A stretch of DNA of 64,000 bases, from the IMG/VR virus record IMGVR_UViG_3300028840_006907, positions 224,001-288,000 of that record. The stretch is one strand, 5' to 3'. A program made the translations under genes and the position numbers. How positions within the stretch are numbered: the stretch's first letter is position 1; every line of letters starts with the position of its first letter. This stretch comes from a virus. Below the pieces are notes generated by a model. That model did not search any database. It was not told the DNA's origin and saw nothing but the letters and a program-made list of their open reading frames with translations. Of this stretch, positions 1 through 10,275 are shown one piece after another.

Positions 1-1
1 A

Positions 2-595
2 GCTGTTGTAATTTCCAGTGATATTACCTCAGAGCGTATCGATAAATTAGTGGAATCAGAAAAGATCTCTAAAAAAGTTGCTAGTGCATTAAAAGAAATT
101 ATAAAAACTTACCCATTAAAAGTTGAAGCTTATAAAGAAGACAAATCTGAAAAACAGATTGGTGTTCCAGGTCATTTCCATTCTTTAAATAATTTGAGAC
201 AGGATTCACATTTATCGGAATATCATCAGGCTTCAGTAGAATCTCTTCGTAAAGGTAAAAGCCATGAAGATGTTAAGGAAGAACTTCTTAAAAAGTTGTC
301 AAATGACGAAGCTGATAAAGTCCTTTTGGATGCTGTAAAGGCATTTAATGAATCTCCCGCTGGAACCAAAGCGAATGCTCCAGTGATTCCTGAAAAGAAA
401 AAATTGGTTGCCGATATTGAACCTCCAAAAGTATTACCAGACAAAGAAACGATCATTCCACAGACTCAGGAGTTTATGGATTTTTATAAAGGTTCAAATG
501 AGCTTATAGTCGATATCGATGGTAAATCTGCCAACTCAAATTTATTGGAGATAGAGAATCTGGATAGTAAGTCCGGTATTGATAATGCATTCTAG
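2..595 (+). CDS. hypothetical protein, 5' end probably outside the window
   Basis: The frame is open from nt 2 with no in-frame stop, so the GTG at 50 in the ORF track may be internal. Ends at TAG 593-595. The next gene follows 10 nt later behind AGGAG. No motif recognised. Confidence 0.5.
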   Translation, partial: AVVISSDITSERIDKLVESEKISKKVASALKEIIKTYPLKVEAYKEDKSEKQIGVPGHFHSLNNLRQDSHLSEYHQASVESLRKGKSHEDVKEELLKKLSNDEADKVLLDAVKAFNESPAGTKANAPVIPEKKKLVADIEPPKVLPDKETIIPQTQEFMDFYKGSNELIVDIDGKSANSNLLEIENLDSKSGIDNAF

Positions 596-604
596 GAGCT
601 GTCT

Positions 605-1141
605 ATGGCTGATACTGAGAGGAAATTAGAGAATCTTGATTTGGATTCTGCAATTAAGAATCCTTCTCAACCTATTTCTGCAAATTTAGTGGAAGTAACT
701 GTTGCTCAACCTGAGGAATTAGCTGATGATGAAATTTGTCTTGCGATTAAAGAAGATGAATTGCCTGACACTGTTTTAAAAGCCGTTATTTTAGGTCTTG
801 CTGAAGAGCAGTCTTCATTAAAGACTTTACGTCAAAAGAAACAGAATGAAGGTAAGGATTCTTCTTATATCTCAATGAAACGTGGTATGTTGTTGAAATA
901 CATGTCTGAGACATTAATTCAACGGCAATCTTTAACTGGGTATACAGGAGAATTGGATTTAAGAGGTCCAAGATTCCGTGAAGTATTCAAAATGCTTTTG
1001 AATATTATTTCCGATACTTTTGATGAAATAAAAGTACCTCCAGAATATAAAGAGATGTTTTTTCATGCGTTATCACGAAATTTGGAGGGTTGGGAAGAGA
1101 GAGCTGAGAAGCTAGTAAAGAAGATGACACCTAAGGTATAA
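605..1141 (+). CDS. hypothetical protein (small-terminase position, unproven)
   Basis: 178-aa ORF with TAGGAG 8 nt upstream of the ATG. Its stop lies 3 nt before the large terminase start. The assignment is positional only; no motif recognised. Confidence 0.6.
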   Translation: MADTERKLENLDLDSAIKNPSQPISANLVEVTVAQPEELADDEICLAIKEDELPDTVLKAVILGLAEEQSSLKTLRQKKQNEGKDSSYISMKRGMLLKYMSETLIQRQSLTGYTGELDLRGPRFREVFKMLLNIISDTFDEIKVPPEYKEMFFHALSRNLEGWEERAEKLVKKMTPKV

Positions 1142-1143
1142 GA

Positions 1144-3036
1144 ATGAGTCTTTCTGAACTTTGTACAAATTATATAGGTTCTAATAGGTTAAAAGATGAG
1201 ACTGAGCGAAATATCATAGAATTTGCTGAGGCTCAATGGGGCCTAGGTATGGGTACTATGCCTGGTATCCCGCCTTTATTTCCTGTACAAAAGTTCATTT
1301 TTAAGACTTATTATAATATTCCTCTTGATAACGGTGATGACCGAATAATAATTGTTAAAGACAAGTTTAATGAGAAGGTCAGATACCGATTTAATGAGAA
1401 AGAATATTTAAATTTCTTGTTCAATGAAGGTCGTATAAATATCAAGGAGGTCACTGGAGACCCTAAAGATTCCAGAACTGACCTGGTATTAGTCATAGGA
1501 AGAAGAGGTCTAAAAACAAGTAGTATAGCGGTTTTAGTAAGTTTTGAAACTTACAAACTTCTTAAAAAAGTAAGTCCTCATGAGTATTATGGTATTATGC
1601 CTGATGATGAGATTCGGGTATCATGTGTTGCTACCAATAAAGAACAGGCTGGTGAACTCTTTCGAAGAATCAGTGGCCATCTAGAGCGTTCTGAATATTT
1701 TAAAAAATACCGTGAAAAACCCACATTGAGTTACATGAAATTAAGTACTCAACGTGATATTGAGGAGTACGGTCCTGGTAATAGATCCTCACTTCGTATT
1801 GTTGCCTCTCCCTGTACCGGTAGAGGACTTAGAAGTTATAATAATATCATAGCTGTTTTAGATGAGATGGCTCATTTCTTTGAGTCTGATACATCCACAG
1901 ATAAGTCAGATAAAGTGATTTATGATTCTGTTACTCCTTCTGTTGCAAAATTTGTCACTCCTGAAGGTGATCTTCATGGGAGAGTTATAAGTATATCATC
2001 TCCAAATGATCGATCAGGTAAATTCTATGAACTCTATGAGCGTTCCATGGAAGCTGATTGTGACAATATATTAATGATTCAGGCTCCTACCTGGGAAGTA
2101 GACTATACTCTTTCACCTAAATACCTAAGAGCGAAATATCTAGAAAATGCTGTTTCATATATGAGCGAGTTTGGTGCTGAGTTCTCTGATAGAGTGTCTG
2201 CTTGGATAGATAATGAGCAAATGTTAAGGATTAACATTATTCCAGGTTTGAAGTTAAAAAAGATAAGCTATGAGCGTACGCCTCATTTTATGGGTATTGA
2301 CGTTGGTCTTAAACAGGATGGAACTGCTATTGCAATTTGTCATATAGTAAAAGAAATGATTGGTGATATTGAAAGAAATTTGATTGAATTGGACTGCATA
2401 GATGCACGTTATGCAAAAGATGAGGATAAAGAATATTTCCATCCGGATGAAATAGCGGATTGGATAGCTACTTATAATGAGAAGTTTTACATTGTAAAAG
2501 GTATTATGGACCAATATTATGGTTTAGCTATGATACCTAAACTTCATGAAAAAGGTATAAAACAGATTAATGCAGCCCATTTCAGTCGGGATTTTAATTC
2601 AAAAGTATATCAAAATTTAATGTCGAAAATGCTCGATGTCTCATTAAGAATTCCAGAAGGTGATGAACATTTAGTTGATGGTAAAAAAACAAAGGATCTT
2701 GATTTAGTTACAGAAATGTTAAAGTTACGGGCTGTTACTCATTCAAAATATTTAATTACAGTAAAGGCTCCAGATGTAAAGAATGCTCATGATGATAGAT
2801 CTGATGCTTTTGCTCGTGCAGTCTATTTGGCTACTGAATATATGGCTTCTGGAGGTGGTATAGTAAAAAATAATCGTATTGAGAGTACTGGTAAAAACGC
2901 TTCTTATCGCCAGTATTATATGAAACAAAAAAGAAATGCGATGTATACAATGCGGCCTTCATCTGCCCTTCAAATGGAGATTTCAAGAAACAGACATTTT
3001 AATTCATTAATGAGCCAGCTCGGAACGAGGAGGTAA
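1144..3036 (+). CDS. terL: terminase large subunit
   Basis: 630 aa. Deviant Walker A VIGRRGLKTS, Walker B IIAVLDEMAHF, and an ISISSPN coupling-type motif. C-terminal RNaseH-like nuclease acidic motifs MGIDVGLKQDGTAIAICH and AHDDRSDAFARAVYL. Confidence 0.9.
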   Translation: MSLSELCTNYIGSNRLKDETERNIIEFAEAQWGLGMGTMPGIPPLFPVQKFIFKTYYNIPLDNGDDRIIIVKDKFNEKVRYRFNEKEYLNFLFNEGRINIKEVTGDPKDSRTDLVLVIGRRGLKTSSIAVLVSFETYKLLKKVSPHEYYGIMPDDEIRVSCVATNKEQAGELFRRISGHLERSEYFKKYREKPTLSYMKLSTQRDIEEYGPGNRSSLRIVASPCTGRGLRSYNNIIAVLDEMAHFFESDTSTDKSDKVIYDSVTPSVAKFVTPEGDLHGRVISISSPNDRSGKFYELYERSMEADCDNILMIQAPTWEVDYTLSPKYLRAKYLENAVSYMSEFGAEFSDRVSAWIDNEQMLRINIIPGLKLKKISYERTPHFMGIDVGLKQDGTAIAICHIVKEMIGDIERNLIELDCIDARYAKDEDKEYFHPDEIADWIATYNEKFYIVKGIMDQYYGLAMIPKLHEKGIKQINAAHFSRDFNSKVYQNLMSKMLDVSLRIPEGDEHLVDGKKTKDLDLVTEMLKLRAVTHSKYLITVKAPDVKNAHDDRSDAFARAVYLATEYMASGGGIVKNNRIESTGKNASYRQYYMKQKRNAMYTMRPSSALQMEISRNRHFNSLMSQLGTRR

Positions 3037-3039
3037 AAA

Positions 3040-6000
3040 GTGTCGGAAGTTTATCAGGGTGATTATGCCCCTAATTTATATAATGAGGAAAAGCGTTATT
3101 ACTTATTTCAAGCACAACAGTTGACAAATCTAACTGATGCTGAACTTCGTGATTTACATAATATATCGAACACGTATGTCCGTCGTACAGTGCAAGCTCA
3201 AATTGGTGATTGTGCAATACAAGATGGTTATAAAATTGCTGAGAATACTTCGGATAAGTCTAACAATTTTCTTATAACAGGAGGAAGTGGTACTCTTGAT
3301 GATCCAGGGATGTATTATCTTAAAGGATATCGATTATTCCTTTTAGGTGATATAGCCTATAAAGATCAAACAGATACAGGTACTATTACCGATGACGGTT
3401 ATACTAAAACTATATTACCTGCTCTGACAACGCCTACTGGGGTCACCTCCACTTTAAATAGCCTTTCTTTAAGTAATCCCACTCTTATCTGTTGTGGTGA
3501 TACGAGTGCTATTGCTAACTCTTCTGATTGGGGTCGAAATTGGGTTGATAGAAATGCTATGACATCCCAAAATCTAAATGGTTCTTCTTTAGGAGACGCC
3601 TCAGTCGGTTATGCAGTTGGTAATGTGGGAGCTGTTCTTCGTACAACTGATAGTGGAAATAGTTGGATAAATATCCGAACAAGTTTACCAACTCTACCAA
3701 CAAATTATCAAAATGTTAATTTCTTTGATGCTTATTTTGTGAACTCTTCTATCGGATGGATCACGGGTCAAAGTGGTGCCATATTAAAAACAATAAATGA
3801 TGGGACTAGTTGGACTGTACAGGGATCTGGTGTCACTACTTCAGATTTAAGTGGTGTTCATGGGACTGGATTAACTGATGTGTGGGCTGTCGGTAGTAGT
3901 GGTATGGTGGTAAAAACGACTGATGGTACAACCTGGTCTCAACAAGCTAGTGGAACTCTTTTTAATTTATCAAGAGTACATGCTATTAATACATTGGTCG
4001 CTTATGCTGTTGGTAATAGCGGTACTATAATAAAAACAACGAATGGTGGTACATCTTGGTCTGCACTTACTTCTGATACTACAGAAAATCTTCGTGATGT
4101 TCATTTCACGGATTTAAATAATGGTTGGGCTGTTGGTGATAATGGTACGATTACCCGAACAGATGATGCAGGTTCAACCTGGGATTCTTCTACTATTGCC
4201 AGTGTCGATTTAAGAGCTGTTACTTTTTATGATACCACAGGATTTACTGCTGGTGGAAGTGGTGAGATTTACAGAACTCTTGATAATACAAATTGGGTGA
4301 AATATCGTACTGATTATGTTTACATTGATTTCCATCTAGCTGAGGTTTCAGGTGATGCCACCTCAGGTAGTGAATACATAGATACAAGTTTAGTGGATGC
4401 GACTGTAGGTTATCCAAGTGCCAATAGATTGAGGGTGGTCTCTGATGTAAAAGTGTCTGAAGGGTGGCCAGCTCCAGCCGATTACACCAATACTGATGCT
4501 ACCCTTCAGCATTATATCGCTCCTCTTGCGTCAATAGAGCGTTCGGTGGGTACAAGTGATATAACTTCAGCTAACATCACAGATTTAAGAACTGTTGTTC
4601 GTACTATTGGTGAGATTGATGCTGCCCTTAAAGACGGAAGTATTGGTACTTCTGCAATAGCTGATGGAGCTATTACCCCTGATAAACTTGATAGTACTGG
4701 CGATTATACAATGGGATCACTCAGTATCTTGGGAGATTCTTCTATTGCTGGTGATTTAACTATAGGCGGTATATTAGTTGTTAGTGATTATAGAACTAGC
4801 ACTATCATGGATAATCTTGTGGTACGGGGATCTGCTCAATTAGGTGATTCAACAGCTCCATATGAGGATAGTGTTAATATTTATGGTAATATTACTCAAG
4901 TATTAGATTCAACTAAAATCGCTTATGATATACAAACATCTTCAACAACTGATGCTTCTCCAATAATTAAAATTGTTTCTGATAGTACAGGTAGTGTATG
5001 GCATGTAGAAAGTAAATCTCAAACGACATCGAGTCTTTTTGATGCTACTACACAGAATATGGGGTATGATTTCCATTTAAATCATTTAGGATATGAAGGT
5101 GGCTTATTTAAATTAAGGGATGATGCAAGTAACCATACCATTACTATATCTAAGACAGCTCCAGGATTTAGAGGGTCTGTTTTAGATGTTACAAGTAATA
5201 GCAATGACCCAACAATAAATATCGTAAACAGAGCTTTATCTGATTCAACAAGTTTAAGTATTGACCAGACTCATGGGACCATGATTACTTTGAATACGTT
5301 GGGTGATGCTTCTGGTATCGATATTTATTCACAAGGCTCTGGAAGAGACCTACATATAGATCATTCAGGTACTTTAGGAATAGCTGTAGATATTACTAGT
5401 TCCAGTGCACAGGTTGCAATGAATCTTGTAAATCAGATGGGACCTGCTGTAGTAATAACTCAGAATGGTGATGATGAAGCTCTGTTGGTTTTAAATAAAG
5501 ATTCTACAACCTTAGGAAGAGCTTTAGAGATTAACCATAGAGGTAGTGATGTTGGATTAGGTGTTTATAATACTGGTACTGGAATGGGTCAGCTAATTTC
5601 ACATGTAGGTGATTCTACTCATCCTGCATTAGATATTTATGTAGCAGGGAATGAAAAAGGTCCAGCTCTTCGTATAAATAAGGCAAATGATGAAACTGGT
5701 GAAGGTATAAGAGTATGGAATCAAGGTTTTAGCGAATCCTTAAGATTAATTCAGGATAGAACCGATTCCTCAGCTACAGTACTTTTAATTGAAAGCCAGA
5801 GTATTGGTTATGATGTTAGCTCTAGTAATTGGAATATAGATAGCTCAGGTAATATTTATACCGCTGGAAGTATTACTTCTGATTCTACTGCTACTGTAAC
5901 AAGTTCTAAATTTGCTTTTGATAGTACTTATTATATGACTTCTACAGGGATGTATCTTGATAACAGTGGCTATGATTCCTCTAATCCTGCTGTAGCTGGT

Positions 6001-9000
6001 AGGGCGTTTATAGAATCAGGTTTTTTAAGAGTCAGTGACGGTACTACAGCTTCTCCAATACCTTCATGGGGTGCTACTGGTGCCACAGGAAATACTGGGG
6101 CTACAGGATCCACAGGGGCTACAGGATCAGGGACTCAAGGAACAACAGGAGTTCAAGGATCTGCCGGGGCTACTGGAGCTACTGGACCGGCTGGAACTGG
6201 TTCTACAGGAGTCCAAGGTGTCCAGGGTGAAACCGGTATTCAGGGTCTCCAAGGTGATACGGGTGTTAGTTTAGGAGCAACAGGCTTGCAAGGTATCACA
6301 GGTCTCAGGGGATTCACGGGACTGCAGGGTCAAACCGGTGTTGCTGGGGAAACCGGAGTTCAGGGAGTGCAGGGACAAACCGGAGCTTTTGGTGGCCCTC
6401 CAGGAGAAACTGGCGTGCAAGGTGTCCAAGGAAACACTGGAGTACAAGGAACTACTGGAGTTCAAGGATCAACCGGAGTTCAAGGAATTCAAGGTCAGAC
6501 CGGAATTCAGGGAATCCAAGGAAATACTGGAGTACAAGGAATTCAAGGTAATACTGGAGTACAAGGTCAAACCGGAGTAAGTGGAGAAACTGGAGTACAA
6601 GGAACTACTGGAGTTCAGGGTATTCAAGGTCAAACTGGTATAGCAGGTCAGACAGGTATAGCAGGTCAAACCGGAGTTCAAGGAATCCAGGGAATTCAAG
6701 GTCAAACAGGTGCCCAGGGTTTAACAGGAGTAGCAGGTGAGACTGGAGTCCAAGGATCTCAGGGAAATACCGGAGTTCAAGGTATCCAAGGGCATACGGG
6801 AGCTGGGATACAAGGTACTACTGGTGTTCAAGGTTTACAAGGTCAGACTGGCTCTCAAGGTACTACTGGAATTCAGGGAGAAACTGGTGTAGGTATCCAA
6901 GGTCAGACGGGTGTTGCCGGTGTTGATGGCCAAACCGGAATTCAAGGAATCCAAGGAACCACAGGAGTTCAAGGTGAAACAGGAACTCAAGGAATTCAAG
7001 GAAATACCGGAATTCAAGGAACTCAAGGAAGCACAGGAGTTCAAGGAGAAACTGGAGTTGGTGCTCAAGGAACTACTGGAGTGCAAGGAATACAAGGAAA
7101 TACTGGAGTTCAGGGAACAACCGGAGTTCAGGGAATTCAAGGTCAAACCGGTGTTCAGGGAACACAAGGAGAAACAGGTTATATAGATTCTTCCAGTGTT
7201 AATCATAACGCTCTTCTTAATTTAACTGTTGGTGATGACCATACTCAGTATGCTTTTTTAGCTGGTCGTACTGGTGGGCAAACTATAAATGGTGGTGATG
7301 CTGCTTCAGACGTTTTAACTCTTCAAAGTACTACTGATACTACAAAAGGGAACATCATTCTTAATCCTATTAGTGGGGATGTCCCTGGTAAAGTTGGTAT
7401 AGGAGTAACATCTCCGATTTATCAATTACATGTTGGAGAGATTTTAGATGGCGGTACTGTAGGTATATGTATAAATAACCAGTATACTGCAAATGGATCA
7501 GTTGATGAAACTGCTAGTTTAATATATAGATTTGGTAGGCCACTCAGTCCTCAATATAGAGTAGCAGGTCAAGTATTAGTAGGTAAGGAACAGGATTGGT
7601 GGGATTATAATAGTACTGACGCTTATATGGCTTTTCATACTACTCGTGATACAATTTCACGTGAACAGATGAGAATTAATGCTCAAGGTTATGTTGGAAT
7701 AGGTACAACAAATCCCCAAGCTAAGCTTCATGTAACGACATTTGCTCAATTTGATGAAGGCTTTTCAACTAATATCGGTATAGGTGTTACCGCTCCTCAG
7801 GCACAGTTACATGTCGGAGAGAGTGTAACTGATGGAGATGTTTCAATAATTGTGAATAACTGGTCTTGGACTGGAGGGTCTGTAGATGAGACAGCTAGTT
7901 TACAATTCCGTTTTGGGCCTCCTCCAAGTAATTATTCTGCTGGTAAAATTTCTGCTCATAAAACTTTAGATTATATGAGTTTCGATAATAGAGACTCTTA
8001 TATGACTTTTAGTGTTGTAAATAATCAATCTGAAGTTGAGCGTATGAGGATTTTAAATGATGGAAAGGTAGGTATTGGTACAACTGATCCTCAAGAAAGA
8101 CTGCATGTAATTGATAGGGGTCAATTTGATATGGGGCTACAACAACCTATTGGTATAGGTGTAACGGCTCCATTAGCTGAATTACATGTTGGTAATAGTA
8201 CTAATGGTGGTGATGTAGGCATTATTATTAATAACCAATACAATACTACTGGATCAGTTGATGAAACAGCAAGTTTAATTTATAGATTCGGTACAGTAGG
8301 AAGTGCAAATTATCGAGTAGCTGCCAGAATTTGTGCTCATAAAGAATTAGACTGGCAATCTTTTGATAATGTCGATTCAGCTTTAGCTTTTAGGACTACT
8401 CGAAATCAATCTGAAAATGAAAGAATGAGAATAACTAGTGAAGGTGATGTAGGAATTGGTACTGTCACACCTTCAGAAAAATTACATGTAGAAGGTAATA
8501 TTTATACTACTAATGGTTTTCTTGCTGGTGGGAACATCCAAATTGAAGGGGACTTTTTAGGAGGGACTGATGGTAATTCTAATTTAGGCTCTACTTCAAG
8601 AAGATTTAATAACCTTTATATGGCTTCTTCGATAAATTATAATTCTGATCTAACCTTTGATTGTACGGGTACCCATGTAACCCTTACAACTGGTGGTAAC
8701 GTAGGTATAGGAACTACAAATCCCCAAGGATTATTTCATGTTTCTGATGATACCAATGGTGGTGATGTAGGTATTGTTGTTAGTAATCGCTATATTGGTG
8801 GTGGGTCAGTTGATGAAACAGCTAGTATGATTTATCGTTTTGGCCATCCGTTAGGAGTAGCTAATAAAGTTGCAGCCAGAATAAGTGCCCATAAAGAATT
8901 AGATTGGGCAAACTCTAATAATACTGATGCTGCTTTGATTTTCTGGACTACTCGTGATGCTGTTGAACGACAACAGATGAGAATTGATAGCAATGGTTAC

Positions 9001-10053
9001 TTAGGAATCGGTATAACTAATCCTCAGGAAATATTACATGTAGATGGTAATATCGTAGGATCATCTGGTTCTAATTTAGGGTCTGCTGCATTAAGATTTT
9101 CTAATCTTTATTTGGCTTCTTCTATAAACTATAATTCTGATCTTAATTTTGATTCAACAGGAACACATGTCACTTTTACAACAGGTGGTAATGTAGGTAT
9201 AGGTACTACAGATCCGCAAGCATTATTACATGTCTTTGATAGTACTAACGGTGGTGATGTTGAAGTTATAATTACTAATGACTATTATAGTGTTAGTTCG
9301 TTGGATGAAACTACCAGTATAACTTTTCAAAATAGAGGTCACGATGGTAATAGGTATACTGCAAGTAGAATTCTTTGTGGAAAAGAAGGAGATTTTAGTA
9401 TCTCTGATAGAAAAGGTTATCTAGCTTTCCATACAGTTAATCAAAGTTCATTTGAAAGAATGCGAATTACTTATGATGGTAATGTCGGTATAGATACTAC
9501 GGCACCTTTAGATAAGCTTTCTGTCGAAGGTCAAATGTCTGTGACTCTTGCAGGTGATCGAAAATTTAAAGTAGATAGTACAGGACAAATTTATTCCGAT
9601 GCAGGTACATCAATATTTACTCCTGCTGACCTTGCTGAATGGTCAAAGGTAGAGGGGTATCTGGAAGAATATGAGTTAGGTATGGTAGTACAACAATCCT
9701 GTGTAGATTTAACCGTTAAGCTAGCTGATAGCCCTTCTGAGAGAGTATATGGTGTGGTTACAAACCGTGCCACATTTTTGGGAAGTCTTACTGGTATTGA
9801 TAAGAAAATATTAAAAGAATTAACGGATAGTGAGATAGAAGATGAGTTCAATGCCAAAAAAATAGCAATGGTAGGGCATGTTCAAGTTCTGGTAAAGGGT
9901 ACCGTTAATATAGGTCAGTCATTGACTCTTTCTGATAAGAAAGGAATAGCACGGGGAGCTACAACTTTTGAAGAAAAAGCTCTGGCTCTTGGTATTGCAA
10001 GAGAAAGTTATGATTCAACCGATATAGGACTTATTGAGGCGAGATTATTATAA
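3040..10053 (+). CDS. giant virion fibre protein (BNR/Asp-box propeller + collagen-like tract + GIGT..LHV fibre repeats + C-terminal capping-type module)
   Basis: GTG start 6 nt after AGGAGG; 2,337 aa. About nt 3460-4300 carries repeated Asp-box-like motifs (TTDSGNSW, TINDGTSW, TTDGTTW, TTNGGTSW, TDDAGSTW). About nt 6070-7175 is uninterrupted G-X-Y (GVQGETGIQGLQG...). Nt 7390-9520 has ten copies of [VI]GIGxTxPxxxLHV spaced by conserved GGDVGIxxNN...GSVDETASLxYRFG...MRI units. The C-terminus reads ADLAEWSKVEG...GMVV...YGVVT...VGHVQVLVKG, resembling fibre C-terminal autoprocessing or chaperone modules. Confidence 0.85.
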   Translation: MSEVYQGDYAPNLYNEEKRYYLFQAQQLTNLTDAELRDLHNISNTYVRRTVQAQIGDCAIQDGYKIAENTSDKSNNFLITGGSGTLDDPGMYYLKGYRLFLLGDIAYKDQTDTGTITDDGYTKTILPALTTPTGVTSTLNSLSLSNPTLICCGDTSAIANSSDWGRNWVDRNAMTSQNLNGSSLGDASVGYAVGNVGAVLRTTDSGNSWINIRTSLPTLPTNYQNVNFFDAYFVNSSIGWITGQSGAILKTINDGTSWTVQGSGVTTSDLSGVHGTGLTDVWAVGSSGMVVKTTDGTTWSQQASGTLFNLSRVHAINTLVAYAVGNSGTIIKTTNGGTSWSALTSDTTENLRDVHFTDLNNGWAVGDNGTITRTDDAGSTWDSSTIASVDLRAVTFYDTTGFTAGGSGEIYRTLDNTNWVKYRTDYVYIDFHLAEVSGDATSGSEYIDTSLVDATVGYPSANRLRVVSDVKVSEGWPAPADYTNTDATLQHYIAPLASIERSVGTSDITSANITDLRTVVRTIGEIDAALKDGSIGTSAIADGAITPDKLDSTGDYTMGSLSILGDSSIAGDLTIGGILVVSDYRTSTIMDNLVVRGSAQLGDSTAPYEDSVNIYGNITQVLDSTKIAYDIQTSSTTDASPIIKIVSDSTGSVWHVESKSQTTSSLFDATTQNMGYDFHLNHLGYEGGLFKLRDDASNHTITISKTAPGFRGSVLDVTSNSNDPTINIVNRALSDSTSLSIDQTHGTMITLNTLGDASGIDIYSQGSGRDLHIDHSGTLGIAVDITSSSAQVAMNLVNQMGPAVVITQNGDDEALLVLNKDSTTLGRALEINHRGSDVGLGVYNTGTGMGQLISHVGDSTHPALDIYVAGNEKGPALRINKANDETGEGIRVWNQGFSESLRLIQDRTDSSATVLLIESQSIGYDVSSSNWNIDSSGNIYTAGSITSDSTATVTSSKFAFDSTYYMTSTGMYLDNSGYDSSNPAVAGRAFIESGFLRVSDGTTASPIPSWGATGATGNTGATGSTGATGSGTQGTTGVQGSAGATGATGPAGTGSTGVQGVQGETGIQGLQGDTGVSLGATGLQGITGLRGFTGLQGQTGVAGETGVQGVQGQTGAFGGPPGETGVQGVQGNTGVQGTTGVQGSTGVQGIQGQTGIQGIQGNTGVQGIQGNTGVQGQTGVSGETGVQGTTGVQGIQGQTGIAGQTGIAGQTGVQGIQGIQGQTGAQGLTGVAGETGVQGSQGNTGVQGIQGHTGAGIQGTTGVQGLQGQTGSQGTTGIQGETGVGIQGQTGVAGVDGQTGIQGIQGTTGVQGETGTQGIQGNTGIQGTQGSTGVQGETGVGAQGTTGVQGIQGNTGVQGTTGVQGIQGQTGVQGTQGETGYIDSSSVNHNALLNLTVGDDHTQYAFLAGRTGGQTINGGDAASDVLTLQSTTDTTKGNIILNPISGDVPGKVGIGVTSPIYQLHVGEILDGGTVGICINNQYTANGSVDETASLIYRFGRPLSPQYRVAGQVLVGKEQDWWDYNSTDAYMAFHTTRDTISREQMRINAQGYVGIGTTNPQAKLHVTTFAQFDEGFSTNIGIGVTAPQAQLHVGESVTDGDVSIIVNNWSWTGGSVDETASLQFRFGPPPSNYSAGKISAHKTLDYMSFDNRDSYMTFSVVNNQSEVERMRILNDGKVGIGTTDPQERLHVIDRGQFDMGLQQPIGIGVTAPLAELHVGNSTNGGDVGIIINNQYNTTGSVDETASLIYRFGTVGSANYRVAARICAHKELDWQSFDNVDSALAFRTTRNQSENERMRITSEGDVGIGTVTPSEKLHVEGNIYTTNGFLAGGNIQIEGDFLGGTDGNSNLGSTSRRFNNLYMASSINYNSDLTFDCTGTHVTLTTGGNVGIGTTNPQGLFHVSDDTNGGDVGIVVSNRYIGGGSVDETASMIYRFGHPLGVANKVAARISAHKELDWANSNNTDAALIFWTTRDAVERQQMRIDSNGYLGIGITNPQEILHVDGNIVGSSGSNLGSAALRFSNLYLASSINYNSDLNFDSTGTHVTFTTGGNVGIGTTDPQALLHVFDSTNGGDVEVIITNDYYSVSSLDETTSITFQNRGHDGNRYTASRILCGKEGDFSISDRKGYLAFHTVNQSSFERMRITYDGNVGIDTTAPLDKLSVEGQMSVTLAGDRKFKVDSTGQIYSDAGTSIFTPADLAEWSKVEGYLEEYELGMVVQQSCVDLTVKLADSPSERVYGVVTNRATFLGSLTGIDKKILKELTDSEIEDEFNAKKIAMVGHVQVLVKGTVNIGQSLTLSDKKGIARGATTFEEKALALGIARESYDSTDIGLIEARLL
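6070..7175 (+). repeat. collagen-like (G-X-Y)n coding repeat inside the 2,337-aa fibre gene
   Basis: 9-bp-periodic GGN-NNN-NNN coding with degenerate ggagttcaaggaa-type units. It creates many shadow ORFs on both strands. Confidence 0.9.
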
Positions 10054-10269
10054 TAACTTTTCAATCCTGTTGAGAATGGTGACCAGTTCACTTCGGCATT
10101 TTTCAATTTCATTGAATCTGCCGAAGAATTGGTTACTATGCATTAAATTAGCATCTGTTTTTACTTTTCTTAAATCAGAAGCTTGTTGACCTAATCTTCC
10201 TCTACGTTTTAACCATCTCTTTACAAGTTTTCTCAGATTTTCAACTTCAGTTTTTATCTCATCTTTCAT
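10048..10269 (-). CDS. hypothetical protein
   Basis: 73-aa basic, helical ORF and last gene of the minus-strand helicase operon. Its stop overlaps the stop of the convergent fibre gene by 6 nt. Confidence 0.55.
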   Translation of the reverse strand: MKDEIKTEVENLRKLVKRWLKRRGRLGQQASDLRKVKTDANLMHSNQFFGRFNEIEKCRSELVTILNRIEKLL

Positions 10270-10275
10270 AATATT

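Noticed and set aside
6035-7206. Alternative-frame and antisense ORFs over the collagen tract of the 3040-10053 gene.
   Set aside because: Same repeat-shadow artefact as above.
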